Below are positions 28,359-40,733 of a stretch of DNA of 64,000 nt, piece after piece. How positions within the stretch are numbered: position 1 is the first letter of the stretch; every line of letters starts with the position of its first letter. This DNA is from Macrostomum lignano. Its lineage: Eukaryota. The notes beneath the pieces are model-generated. The model had not been told where the DNA came from. It ran no database searches and saw only the letters and a program-made list of their open reading frames with translations. Both the position numbers and the translations under genes were made by a program. Location of the stretch: NCBI GenBank assembly GCA_002269645.1, contig NIVC01000280.1:620001-684000 (forward strand), read 5' to 3'.

Positions 28359-31300
28359 ATGCTGCCGCAGCACAGCTACTACAGCGACTACCGCTACGCT
28401 CCGGACGAAATCCCGCTGGAGGAGTTCGTCCTACCGGCCTCGCCTTCAGAGCTGGCCGGCGCGCTGGCCGACTGCGGAATTCCCACGCCGGACAGGCTGC
28501 AGCAGCTTCAGCGAAGCCGCGGCCAGCCGCCTCTGACGTCGCCGACCTCCGCCCAGCAGAAGCCGCAGCCGTTCCCGCCCAGCCGGCTGAAGTCCGAACT
28601 GCTGGAGCCGGCCAGGTACGAGGCCGGCCTGGCCAGGATTCGAACTCTCGACCTTCAATCCGGTTCGGACTTGGCCGGCCTCTGCCGTCGCCTCTTTGCT
28701 GATTGTCCGGAAGATCTGGACCGGACAGTGGCCGCTTTCGGACTCGTCTGCCGTCTGGCCGAGCGGCCCCGAGAGCTGCATCGGCTGCCCTGCCTGGCCG
28801 ATCGGGCGGCCGGCCGGCCAGACTGGCAGTCCGAGGTGTTCGAGGCGGTCATGAGGTGAGGAGCGTCTGTTCTGTTGTGGCGCCAAAATCCCTTACTGAA
28901 GTTGTTGTGGCGCCGAAATCTTCATTTACTGAAGTTGTTGTGGCACCGAAATCTTCATTTACTGAAGTTGTTGTGGCGCCGAAATCTTCATTTACTGTAG
29001 TTGTTGTGATGCCAAACTGTAGTTGTTATGGCACCGAAATCTTCATTTACTGTAGTTGTTGTGGCGCCGAAATCTTCATTTACTGTAGTTGTTGTGATGC
29101 CAAACTGTAGTTGTTGTGGCACCGAAATCTTCATTTACTGTAGTTGTTGTGGCGCCGAAATCTTCATTTACTGTAGTTGTTGTGACGCCAAACTGTAGTT
29201 GTTATGGCACCGAAATCTTCATTTACTGTAGTTGTTGTGACGCCAAACTGTAGTTGTTATGGCGCCGAAATAACTTACTGTAGTTGTTGTGACGCCAAAC
29301 TGTAGTTGTTATGGCGCCGAAATAACTTACTGTAGTTGTTGTGGCGGCAAACTGTAGTTGTTGTGGCGCCGAAATAACTTACCGTAGTTGTTGTGGCGCC
29401 GAAATAACTTACTTGTAGTTGTTGTGGCGCGAAAATCATTCACTGTAGTTGCTGTGGCGCTAAAATGATTTGTTCTCAGAAGAGTTCTCAATTCTTTATC
29501 ACATTCCTACTCAGCCTCAGCGGAGTTCCCTGCCAGCGCCTGGAGGGCCTCAAAAAGGGCGCCAACTATGCCACCGGCCATCGGTCGCACGTCGGCGGCG
29601 CCTGGTTTGCCTGCTTCGTCGACGGCGAGTGGCGCCACGTCGATGCCATCTGGGGCTCGGCGGGCCTCCCGCTGGCGGCCGACGCTGAGGCCTCGGAGGC
29701 CGCCGTGGCCGCCGCGGCGGTGCCCCAGCGGAACGACTTCTTCTTCCTGACTGACCCGGCCCGGCTGGCCTTCTCACACCATCCGCTGCTGCCGGAGGGC
29801 GCCGGACCTGACTGGCAGCTGCTGGCCCGGCCGCTCAGCCTCGACGAGTTTCACCGGCTGCCGGCCTTCTTCGATGGCAACCGGGCCGCCATGGGGGTCT
29901 GCGGACTGCGGCCGGTCAACTGCCCGCTGTGCGTCATCCCCTGCCAGGGAGGAGTGGCCGACCTGCTGCTGCAGGAGACCGGCGCGGGGCGGTATCGGTA
30001 CATTATGCAGGTACCTGCTCACTCACTCACTCACTCACTCACTCACTCACTCACTCACTCACTCACTCATTCACTCACTCACTCACTCACTAACTCACTC
30101 ACTCACTCACTCACTCACTCACTCACTCACTCACTCACTCACTCACTCACTCACTCACTCTCTCACTCACTCTCTCACTCACTCACTCACTCACTCACTC
30201 ACTCACTCACTCACTCACTCACTCACTCACTCACTCACTCACTCACTCACTCACTCACTCACTCATGAACTCACTCACTCATGAACTCACTCACTCATGA
30301 ACTCACTCACTCATGAACTCATGAACTCACTCATGAACTCACTCACTCACTCACTCACTTACTTACTCTCTCACTCATGAACTCACTCATGAACTCACTC
30401 ATGAACTCACTCACTTACTTACTCTCTCACTCATGAACTCACTCATGAACTCACTCACTTACTTACTCTCTCACTCATGAACTCACTCATGAACTCACTC
30501 ATGAACTCACTCACTTACTTACTCTCTCACTCATGAACTCACTCATGAACTCACTCACTTACTTACTCTCTCACTCATGAACTCACTCATGAACTCACTC
30601 ATGAACTCACTCACGCACCCAAGGCCAAGCAGTTGGGCAGCAGAAACTCCGGCAGCACTCCGGTAGCCGGCGCCGCAGTCAGCAAGCCGATCCGACTGGC
30701 CAGCGGTCGAGTCTGTCTGAAATTCCTCGCCCCCCAAGCCGGCCGCTTCGAACTTCGAGTTGGAATTCAACGCGGACCGGACTGGCTCACTGAGCACTTC
30801 GCAGCCTACGTGGTTCACTGCCCGGCCGCGGCACCGGAGCCGGCCAATTTTCCGGCCGGCCAGCTGGCCGAGTTTGGCCTGACGGAGGAGGCCGAGCTCG
30901 AGGGAGTTCAGCTGATGGGCTGTCAACCGGAAGAGGCGGAAGCGGCGACCCTGGAGGCTGAGGATGGCGAGGCAGCTTGGCTATTGACCTCTACGAATCC
31001 GCTGGGTGCGACTTGTGACTCATCAGTTCTAGATTGTACATTCGATGACTCATCAGTTCTAGATTGTACATTCGATGACTCATCAGTTCTAGATTGTACA
31101 TTCGATGACTCATCAGTTCTAGATTGTACATTCGATGACTTATCAGTTCTAGATTGTACATTCGATGACTCATCAGTTATAGATTGTACATTCGATGACT
31201 CACCAGTTCTAGATTGTACATTCGTTGACTCATCAGTTTTAGATTGTACATTCTATGACTCATTAGTTCTGGGGTGTGCATTATATGACTCATTAGTTCT

Positions 31301-34300
31301 GGGGTGTGCATTCTATGACTCATTAACTCTGAAGTGTACATTTTACAGATGAGACTCATCAGTTATAAAGTGTAAATTTCTATGACTCATCGACTCATCC
31401 GCCATGCTCTCACTTAAACTACACAGGAGACAATCCCGACGCTCCCCTACCCTGCTGCGTCACATTCGGCGGCGACGTCGACAGTCCGACTGACACCGGC
31501 GACGGCCTCAAGCGGCATGTTCTACAGTGGTCGGAGCGCGCTGGCCGAGACCGCCGCTTTCGATTTCTGGCCCCTCGCAGCGGCTGGTTCGCCGTGACCA
31601 TCTGGCGTGACGCCGCCAGGCTGCGACCGCTCTGCGAGCTGCTGCTGGTCGCCGACACGGCCGCCTCCGGTGCTCACCTCGGCCTGCCCGGCTGCGACTC
31701 GCTGCTCGGCTGGCCCACCAACGTCGACAACCAGCGGCAGCGACGCCTCGGAAGGAGACGCCTGACCGACGAAATCCAGCTGAAGTCGCCGACGCTTCCC
31801 GGAGGCGGTGGGGAGCCGTGCCTGAGCCTGCGGCACGAGGCCGAGCTGACGCTGCTGTTCAGAACGCAGGGCCGCTACGTGGCTCGGGCGATCCTACAGC
31901 GACTGCGGCCTGGCGACCTGCTGGCAGAGCCGCTGAGCAGCTTCGTCATGGTCAACGGCGCGCCCGAAGGATTTCAGGTTCGGCAAATCAAGTACACGAT
32001 TTCATAAGACTCGCTTTGCAAGATCCCCCTGCCAACTACAATGACTTGTCTCCGCCTGCCTCTCCAGGTGCACATCCGTTTCCCCCAGCCGGGCAACTAC
32101 CTGCTCGACATCCGGGTTCTGCGACGACGCGACGAAGTCGACGCCAGCGCGGATGTGGCGGCGCAGACGGAGACGGAGGTGCAACAACCGCTGTGCCTGC
32201 TCCTGCTGCGCTCACTGTGCACCACCTTGGCCTCTACAGCCGCCTTCCCGCGAGTCCTCGATTCGGCCGCGGCCAGCGACTTCCAGCTGCTTGAGCCGCT
32301 GAATCGTCGAGTGTCGAGCTCGGAGCGGCCCACCGTCATCCGTCTGGCGTCGCTGGAGCCGTCGTCAGAGCGTCGGAGCCTCCTGGCGCTAGTCGTGGAG
32401 GACAGGGGCGGGCCGGCATGGCGACTGCCGTTCGAAGCGGCGGATCCGGCCGGTCTGAGCAGCCTGCGACTGGATCAGGAGGCCAGCAACTCGGCCAGCA
32501 GGCGACGGAGTCTGAAGGTGGTGACACGAACCGCTGGCGACACCGACCGGGAGGTGCCGCTGCTGGCCTTCGAGCTGCTGCCCGAAGCCGGCGCCGAAGC
32601 TGTCGTGGAGGGTGAAGGCGCGGCGGCGCGTCGGGCGAGCTTGGAACTGGCGCGCAGCGAGTCGCGGCGCCGTTGGCAGCGCGAGAATTGGCGCCGAGCG
32701 GCCGTCGACGGACTTGAGCCGCTGGCGTGGGATGCCGAACAGTGGGAGCGACGGACGGCCGAGGCGCTGGCCGAGCAGCGGGCGAATCGGGCGGCCGAAC
32801 TCGAACAGAGAAATCGGGAGCTCGGTGAGACCTCGACAGATTCCGAATTCCCCATTCCGAATTCAGGGTTTAATAGCCCATTTTGTCCCACTAGCAATTT
32901 GTTAGAATTCATCATTTAAATTTCAGAAGCGAAGCGCCTCCAGGACCAGTTGGTCAGCCTAGTGGAGGCGGCGTTCCCGAATGTGCTCAATCGGAACGAA
33001 CTTGTCGGGTGAGATTCGCAGCTGTATCAGCCTTAGAAACGTGTGGGGGGCATTTTCTCTCTTTCTGTTATTGACAAAAACTGGAGGCCCTCACTAAGTT
33101 TATGTACCGGAAGCATATGGCCTGGAAACTTGAAAGCTATTTTTATTAGGACGAATCATCGGAAACCGGAAGTCAATAATCCTGGATCAAGTAAAACAGA
33201 AGTCAGTGATCCCAGATCTGCTAAACCGGAAGTTAGTGATTCGGATCTGCAAAACCGGAAGTTAGTGATCCCGGATCTGCTAAACCGGAAGTTAGTGATC
33301 CCGGTTCTGCTAAACCGGAAGTTAGTGATCCTGGTTCTGCTAAACTGGAAGTTAGTGATCCCGGTTCTGCTAAACCGGAAGTTAGTGATCCTGGTTCTGC
33401 TAAACTGGAAGTTAGTGATCCCGGATCTGCTAAACCGGAAGTTAGTGATCCCGGTTCTGCTAAACCGAAACTCAGTGATCCCACATAAAGTGAATTGGAA
33501 GTTAATAGTACCAGATCAAGTGAACCGGAAGTTAGTGATCCCGGATTGCTTAACCGACAGTCAGTGTGATCCTGGATCACGCGAACTCGAATCATGAAGA
33601 AAAGCTATTGAGCAAACAAAAGCAACAACGATTGCTCCAACCGACAGAGCCATCGAGTCGGCCGACTCGAGCTCGGATCGGGGCGCCACAGAATCGGCGC
33701 TGGACGAGCTGGTGGCGCAGCGCCGGCTGTTCATGCGGCCGGTGCCCGGCGGCACAGCCTACCTGCTGCAGGAGGAGCAGCCGGAAGGTAGCGAAATTTC
33801 TAGAAGCAGCAAAATCGGCAACAAGAAGCTGCAACAGCCGTCGCAGTCAGAGAGCGGCGCGGACCGCTGGAGCATGGGCCGGGTTGTCAGCTTCAACCGG
33901 GCCAACTTCGCCGACCTGCAGCTGCTGCGGCGGGCCCGACCAACCGTTGCCATGGTAACCAGGCTGATGTGCGAGAAGCGGGCGCTGGACGCGGTGACGC
34001 TGGACAAGGAGTCCTTCGTACAGTACGAGACCCGCGGCGGCGGCCGGGACTCGCACGTGTACACCCTGGGCCGCATTGGGAGGCGTCGTGTGGTCAGCAC
34101 CAAGCTGCCGGCGGTTGTTGGCTCGCCCGACGGCCTCCAGGCTCGGGTCGCCTGTGGAAACGTCGTCACCCGCCTGCTGGGCGTCTTCCAGGACGTCGAG
34201 CATCTCCTGTTGGTTGGCGTCGGCGGTTCCCCGTCCGGCGCCTGCCGACTCGGCGACGTCTTTATCGGCGATGGGGACGCTGGCGACGTCGGTGGAGACT

Positions 34301-34773
34301 ACTTGGACGTCGCCAGAGGGCGCAGCTGGCGGTCTGTGGATCGGCGCCTCCTGACCGCCGCGCGAGCAGCCGCTGAACCCGTCGAGGACAAAGCAGAGGA
34401 GGCCATCAACTGGACGTCCATCTTGGAGTCACTGGCCGCGGAGGCGCCAGCGTTCGCTCGGCCGCCGAGGACCACCGTCGCTGCGCCGAATGTCGCTTTC
34501 GGCGCCGTGTCCTGCGGCGCGCTGTCCGGCGCCGCCGACCGGCTGGCCTCGACCACAACCTCGAAGGTGATCGGAGCGGACGCCGGATTCGACGAAGTGC
34601 TGGAGTCGGCGTTAGGCAGCCGCTGCGACTCCTTCCTGCTGATCCGGGGCTGCGCGGACTCGCACACAGGAGAGCAGGGCCTGCACTGGCAGCCGTTTGC
34701 CGCCCTGGCCGCCGCCTGCTTTGCCGAGGCTGCGGTGCGGCGGCTGCACGGGACTACTGACTACGTAGTATAG
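28359..34773 (+). CDS. KY/hillarin-like transglutaminase-fold protein with Ig-like repeats, coiled coil, winged-helix-like segment and C-terminal nucleoside-phosphorylase (PNP_UDP-like) domain; exons 28359-28855, 29515-30010, 30624-31005, 31427-31977, 32068-32824, 32927-33008, 33648-34773 (~1296 aa)
   Basis: KY/hillarin motifs: GVPCQRLEGLKKG, AWFACFVDGEWRHVDAIWG, NDFFFLTDP, DWQLLARPLSLDEF, and repeated F.AP..GRF.L / FPQPGNYLLDI units. PNP-like motifs: PTVAMVT..CEKRALD, NVYTLG-like HVYTLGRIG, LVGVGG, RLGDV, LIRGCAD. The 3891-nt exon sum is in frame. The last acceptor (33647) is the weakest link. Confidence 0.72.
28876..29462. repeat. Degenerate 20-33-bp minisatellite (TGTAGTTGTTGTGGCGCCGAAATC...), KY-like intron 1
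   Basis: Tandem units start about 20 nt after the donor. Confidence 0.9.
30017..30615. repeat. (CTCA)n microsatellite with ATGAA variants, KY-like intron 2
   Basis: Fills almost the whole intron 30011-30623. Confidence 0.95.
31014..31392. repeat. 30-bp minisatellite GATGACTCATCAGTTCTAGATTGTACATTC, KY-like intron 3
   Basis: About 12 copies, 11 of which retain TGACTCA. Confidence 0.9.
33160..33545. repeat. 30-bp minisatellite GATCCCGGATCTGCTAAACCGGAAGTTAGT, KY-like intron 6
   Basis: About 12 copies, 8 of which contain ACCGGAAGT. Confidence 0.9.
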
Positions 34774-35004
34774 TGTAGTTTTAAGTGCAGATTTTTTAAA
34801 TTTGTTTAGAAAATTCGCGGATCAGGCGAGAAATCCTGGGTAGATGGGAAATCCGAAGAGCTGTTATGAATCTTCAGGTGAGCTTCATTCGTCGCTTGGT
34901 TTTGTGCGGCCTCTTTATTACTATTCTATTTAAAAATTCTATAACAAGCTGTGATCATTTTTGACTCTGTACTTGAAAAGTCCCCCCACTAATTTTGTTG
35001 GGGC

Positions 35005-35158
35005 CCATCACAAGCTCGAAGAATCACATCGTCGAGAACTGATTTGGCAACCATCATCAAAGTTCGAAAAGGCACAAGCCTAACCCTACCCCTTTCGAGC
35101 TTGTGATGGTGGTTGCTAAATCAGTTTTCGACGATGTGATTTTTCGAGCTTATGATGG
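35005..35158. mobile_element. Palindromic MITE-like element (~65-bp inverted arms around a CCTAACCCTA core)
   Basis: ccatcacaagctcgaa.aatcacatcgtcga.aactgattt.gcaacca is mirrored by tggttgctaaatcagttttcgacgatgtgatttttcgagcttatgatgg. Confidence 0.75.
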
Positions 35159-36288
35159 CGACCCGTTCAACATTTTGTTGAGCTAATGGTGAATTTAGGC
35201 ATTTTTCTACTTATTTTCTTTTAGGGTTGTTGGACTTTGCCAAACATAGTTTTGTTCTTCACTATATATTCATTTTCTTATAAACACTATAGTGAGTAGT
35301 ATAACCAGCGTTTCTTTGCTATTTCCAGTTATTTTTATTACCTCATTTAAACAAAGTAAGAAAATTGATCCACCTTCCTACTGTACAGAAGCGCTTTACT
35401 TGTGTTGTTAAATATTTAGGGCTAGCCTTTGTGTTTTTCTGAGTAGATAAAATTATCATTAATAATGCACGGCCACTATATAGCGTTTCAATTGATTTTA
35501 AATGATTTATTTTCACGTTTTAACCAACTCACAAAAGGTATTCTGGATTGAAGTCCGGATCGAAAAAAACATTTAAAAAGTAAAAAAATGTTTTTCTCTC
35601 CTAGAAGTAAATAATTTGATAATTTATAATGTATCTCACCTGGAGACAGAAAAAAATCTTAGTTACATTTGAAGTGAAATATTTTGGCATCCAGCCGCAG
35701 TAGTCTAACGATTAGAAAATAAATTATTGTTGATTCAAAATATTTTACTTTTATACGTATAATGAAACGCTCGAATACAAAAATAGTTTTATCTTTAAAT
35801 ATACTTTTTTCCAGACTCACTTATTAGTTGTGAATTTTTTGTAAGATAAATTCAATGTAAGAATACACTTATCTTGATTGCATCAATGGGGTGATCATAA
35901 AAATTAAAAAATACCACATGGAAAGTTTTCAATATTTAACTTGACTATAGTTCTTTGTTTTATTTCTACTCTAGATCTGACGATATTAACAAAGGCGATA
36001 ATTTTTTTTATTTTGAACCTTAACAAACCTTAACCTTAAGGCCCTTAACAAATTAAGGCTAAGATTTCAAAAACGTAAAATATAAAAGTGACGCTTTTAT
36101 CAAAATTTTTAGCTAGTCTTATGAAAAATCCTTTTGTTAAAATTGATTACCGTAAATACTGCCGTTAATTTTTTTAACATAATGTAAAATTTTCATTTCA
36201 TCAATTACGAAATACGTAATTGAAATAATTAATAATTAAAATGGGCTACAATTTAAAAATTAGGGTGATCTAACATAAATATATCTGC

Positions 36289-37922
36289 TCAGGTTTTCGC
36301 TGGCGCCGCCGGGCCCGGAGTCCTGCACCGACAGGCCGGCAGCTGCGGGTACGAACCCGCCGCCATCCCTAAAGCCCTCCGGATGGTGCCCTTCCTCGGT
36401 CGGGCCAGCAGGTGCGTCGCATCCGACGAGTACTGATGAAGCGCGTGCAGCTTCCAGGCCTCGGCAAACATTTCAATCTTTATGATTTGCAGGGAAAATT
36501 AAGGGTCGGAACAAAAAGTGCTTGTTGACTTTAAAATCGATGTAAAAATTAGATCAGAAGCTAAAAAAGTGTTGAAACGCCAATCTACTTTAAACTGATG
36601 CTTTGTTCATCGTTCTACATGTATCTCCATTCCCTACCCCTCTCAAACACCCACCTCACTCCATTCCCTACCCCTCACGAACACCAACCTCACTCCATTC
36701 CCTACCCCTCTCAAAAACCCACCTCACTCCATTCCCTACCCCTCACGAACACCAACCTCACTCCATTCCCTACCCCTCTCGAACACCCAACTCGCCGCAT
36801 TCCAGCTCCATCTGACAAGGCCAGACTTCATTCAGTTTCTCTCACTGGAATCAGCCGAAACTCCCGATCATTTTCGGCTTCAACTTCTGCCAATTCCTGC
36901 GGACTCAGCAGCCCCAGTCTCAGCTGCCTGACGGGTGCCCGGGTCTCCTCGGGCGTCCGCGGTGAGCCGTTGCCTCCACCAGCCGCAGCCCAGTCCCTGA
37001 CCGCGGCGACAACTTCTAGCTCATCGAGCATCAGCTGGTCGGAGGCCAGCACTCCCGCCAGCGTATCGGCGGACAAGCCGGCAAAGCCGCGGCTTTTAAC
37101 CACCGCGGCAGCGTTTCGCTCGATGAAGTCGCCGGCCCGCTGGCGAAGCTCCGGCAAGCCGAAGCTGCTGCCAGCCTGAAGCAGCTCGCAGGCGTTCTGT
37201 GAGCTCAGACTGTCCGTGAGGTACTCGCAGCACAGCTGGAGAGATCAGAGAGGGCGCCGGTTAACGTCTAGGACACAATCAAGCAAGCTTAGAATTCAGT
37301 GAGACGTATTGGACACAAATATTCTCTTCATCCTGTACTATATGGCAGGTTTTCGTACGCAGGCACACACACACACCAGGTGTACATGTACAGCGGGGTC
37401 CTGAATTTTTCAGTGGCAAGCAGTTGCGCCTTGAAGGGTGGTCTCCTTCGGGCGTCAACTGCACGAGTAACTGCAAGTTGTAATATTGAAATGTGCAAAA
37501 TGGAATCGAACCCGTTTGAGGTCCTCCAGTCGGTACTCCACAGCACAGGCCAGCACAGACAGGGCCGTCTGCGGTCGCAGCGTCACGCAGTTGGTGTACA
37601 CAAACTCCAGCACGGCTGCGAACGCTTCCGGGTTCGTCTCAGCCAAGACGAGCTGCTGCGGCTGCTCAGCGACCATCGAAGCTGAAGACGCCGACTCTGA
37701 CGTTGATTGTCGCCTGCCCGCGCGAGCCTCGGCCAGCATAGAGCGAAACGCATCGCAACGGACGCTGAGGATGCAGCGGTGCGCGGCGAACGGCCGGCGA
37801 CTGGCGCCAACGAGGAATTTCACGTCGCTAATAAATGGACATGAGTGCTGACGGTTAGCGGGACGTCAATAGTCTGTCTGTCCGTCTGTCCGTCTGTCTG
37901 TCTATCTGTCTGTCTGTCTTAG

Positions 37923-37959
<37 letters not shown>

Positions 37960-37962
37960 TAG

Positions 37963-37998
<36 letters not shown>

Positions 37999-37999
37999 A

Positions 38000-38063
<64 letters not shown>

Positions 38064-38112
38064 GACTGTCTGTCTGTCTGTCTGTCTGTCTGTCAGTCTG
38101 TCTGTCTGTCTT

Positions 38113-38209
<97 letters not shown>

Positions 38210-38335
38210 AATTTTGCAAGACACGGGAGTCAAAGAGAGTCCTCACCTGGACTCTCGATCGGCCATGAGCTTCTTCATTTCAACCGCAAAGTAGGACGAG
38301 CTGCCCCTGAGCAGAGTCTCGCCTCCGACCGCCAT
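36289..38335 (-). CDS. BTBD19: BTB/POZ-BACK domain protein, BTBD19-like; exons 38335-38247, 37827-37512, 37235-36846, 36477-36289 (327 aa)
   Basis: Motifs SDVKFLVG...[39 protein letters not shown]...[20 protein letters not shown] and EAWKLHAL...RPRKGT parallel BTBD19. Exon phases are consistent (984 nt). Confidence 0.88.
36620..36790. repeat. 34-bp minisatellite CCATTCCCTACCCCTCACGAACACCAACCTCACT, BTBD19 intron 3
   Basis: About 5 copies. Confidence 0.85.
37872..38206. repeat. (GTCT)n microsatellite, BTBD19 intron 1
   Basis: Near-perfect tetranucleotide run. Confidence 0.95.
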
Positions 38336-39264
38336 CTCCAGCTTCCGCCTCCCCGCTAAGCGGCCCCACTAGAGCTTTATTTAATCCCCTTCAGCCGGAC
38401 GCGCCTACCCCTCGTACAAATCAATTAATTATTCAAAAGGCCGAGGAAGGTCCAACACATGGAGAGGCCTTCATCCCGTCTCTCTCGGGGAGCTTCCTAA
38501 TCTCCCAGTCCAAGACATTGACAGGCAGAAACCAAAACTATTGCTTTGGTTGAGGTTGAGTTCGTCAAAAATTGAGGTGCTCCATAGTAAGTGGCAAAAA
38601 GCTTGGATTTTTCTAAACTTTTAAGATTTTTAAGAGACAAAGACAGTAGAAAAACGGAGCTGTCGAAGTTCTCCATCTTTTCAGAGTTGTTAAGTTGTGT
38701 AACATAAAAAATTTCGAAAAATGCCTTACTTGCTACTTAAAGTATCTGCGTCTCTACTATGGACATGAAATGTATTTTGATTTTAATACAAAAAGGCGTA
38801 TGCTATTAAGCTACTTTTGATTCAGTAGTATCGTCTACCGTTACTTCGACACTCAGAATTGGAAATTGTGACCCCAATCGGGAGTTAGGGAGGCAGCTAA
38901 GAAAGGGATCTAAACGCATTTGAATAAGCTACACATAGGTTAAGACTTTCAATCGACAGTCACTATTTTTAGGCTCCAAAGGAAAATGATGTTTAGCTAC
39001 TGTCTTTTTGGGATTTTGTACTTTTTAGATAGGAATCTTCTTTAGAAATGCTGAATTCATTTGACCTTTATAGCTCCAAATATGAGACCACTTGAATATA
39101 GATTTGAGTTGTTTGTTTTCTCAGTCAAATGGGAATTGAATTACCTAATAAATATTTAATAAAAAGTCCAAAATAAATCAGAAATGACTAATTATTACAA
39201 ATTAGTCAGCACTGATCGTGATTATTAAAAGCTAACTCTCTACTCCTTTTTATTATGGGCTGGG

Positions 39265-39480
39265 GGCTGTGTGCACCCTGGCGCACTTTAAGCGACATTG
39301 TCACACAACCAGCGAGAGGCATTGCTGCCCATTCCGCCGACTCCCCTGAGCAGGCACACAAGCGCGCGGATACGTACGCAGGCACACACTCACACAGGAG
39401 TGTACAGCGGCTGCATTTGGAATCGAGCCTGGGCCGCTGGCACGTAAGAGCACCGCGCCAGACCACTGGGCTACGGCCCA
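39265..39480 (-). mobile_element. tRNA-derived SINE, family 2
   Basis: The minus strand reads GGGCCGTAGCCCAGTGGTCTGGCGCGGTGCTCTTACGTGCCAGCGGCCCAGGCTCGATTCC (A and B boxes). Body motifs (gtgtacag, cgtacgcaggc, caagcgcgc, gcccatt.cgc.gactcc) recur at 37350-37410 and 45670-45800. Confidence 0.65.
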
Positions 39481-40733
39481 GCCCACTCTCTACCCCTTAG
39501 ACTCGCTTATTTGGCGCCTATGGAAAGTTCCACGTGATTGTGAATTGCAGCACTGATTAAACAAATTTCGCAGGCTGTCTACGCCCGAATCTACCCAGTC
39601 CTTCCTCATTAAAAAGTTATAAAGTCTTCTCTACATGCGTGGAATGAGCCACCGAATTAAACTTATTTTTCCGCTACAAAGTCGAACTGGTAGAACTAGA
39701 ATCAGACCTAAATTAAGCTAGATTGAGCCTTTATGCTTGCAATTAGTCTTTAAATTCGGTCAATTAAGTGAAAGAAAACGGAATTTTCCTGTCAAAATGG
39801 CTAGACGCGCAGCATGAGGGTTCACAAGCGTGAAATCCAATAAACTCGAAAATTTTCACATCATCACAATCGTTAAGTTTTGAAATCGAGGGGATGCCAA
39901 AAGGGTCAATTGGGAGTTGTTGGTAGGCTAAGCATCAAAGAGAGAGCTAGGGTCAAGCCATGGCTTAAAAGGAGGCTTTGATGTCGAAGCTCGAAGAAGA
40001 TGCTGATATCTCATGCTAGACAACTGACTTTTACGGCTGATAATTTGTTGATTTAAACATCATTTTTCCTAAGAAACTAGCAATAGTGACTGTACAAGGT
40101 CAAAAGCTATATAGAGTTTATCAATTTTTCCCTTTATTTGTTGACTGCCCAACGGGGTGCCAAGGTTGCTAGTCCACTACACTAAAATGAGTCGTTTAGT
40201 TTAAAAAGACAGTAGCGCCGATCATGGTCAACTTCAACACACGACCGAGGCAGGTCTAGAATAAATTTTGACAATAAGATTGGCTATTGTTTTCAGATTT
40301 ACGAGTAAAATATATCTTCTACGAGTTACTTCGTTTTAGCACCTATTAGTTTTGTTGTATTCTGAACGGTTACTAGCATCAGTTAATGACTGATGATGGG
40401 TGGATGCGGCACTGGAATGCGGCACGGGAAAAATGTTTGTTTCTTAGCGAGCATCCTATTACCTATCTGTACTAAACACCAAGATGGGTAATTGAATTTT
40501 TGGCACAGAAACGGGCAAAAGGTCAAACTGTCATCCGAACCTCTTGGCTCGAATCTCGACTGATCTGCCCAGTATTTTCCCAGACATTGGGCATTTTAAT
40601 GCACCATAGAACAGTTTTGCCCCAGTAGTTTCCCAAATTGCATTTAGCAATCCGTGAAACTAGAATCAGTGCCTTGGACACTTAGTATTGATCGGGCTAC
40701 TATCAATAAGAAAAAGTGGCAATGAAAGGTTTG

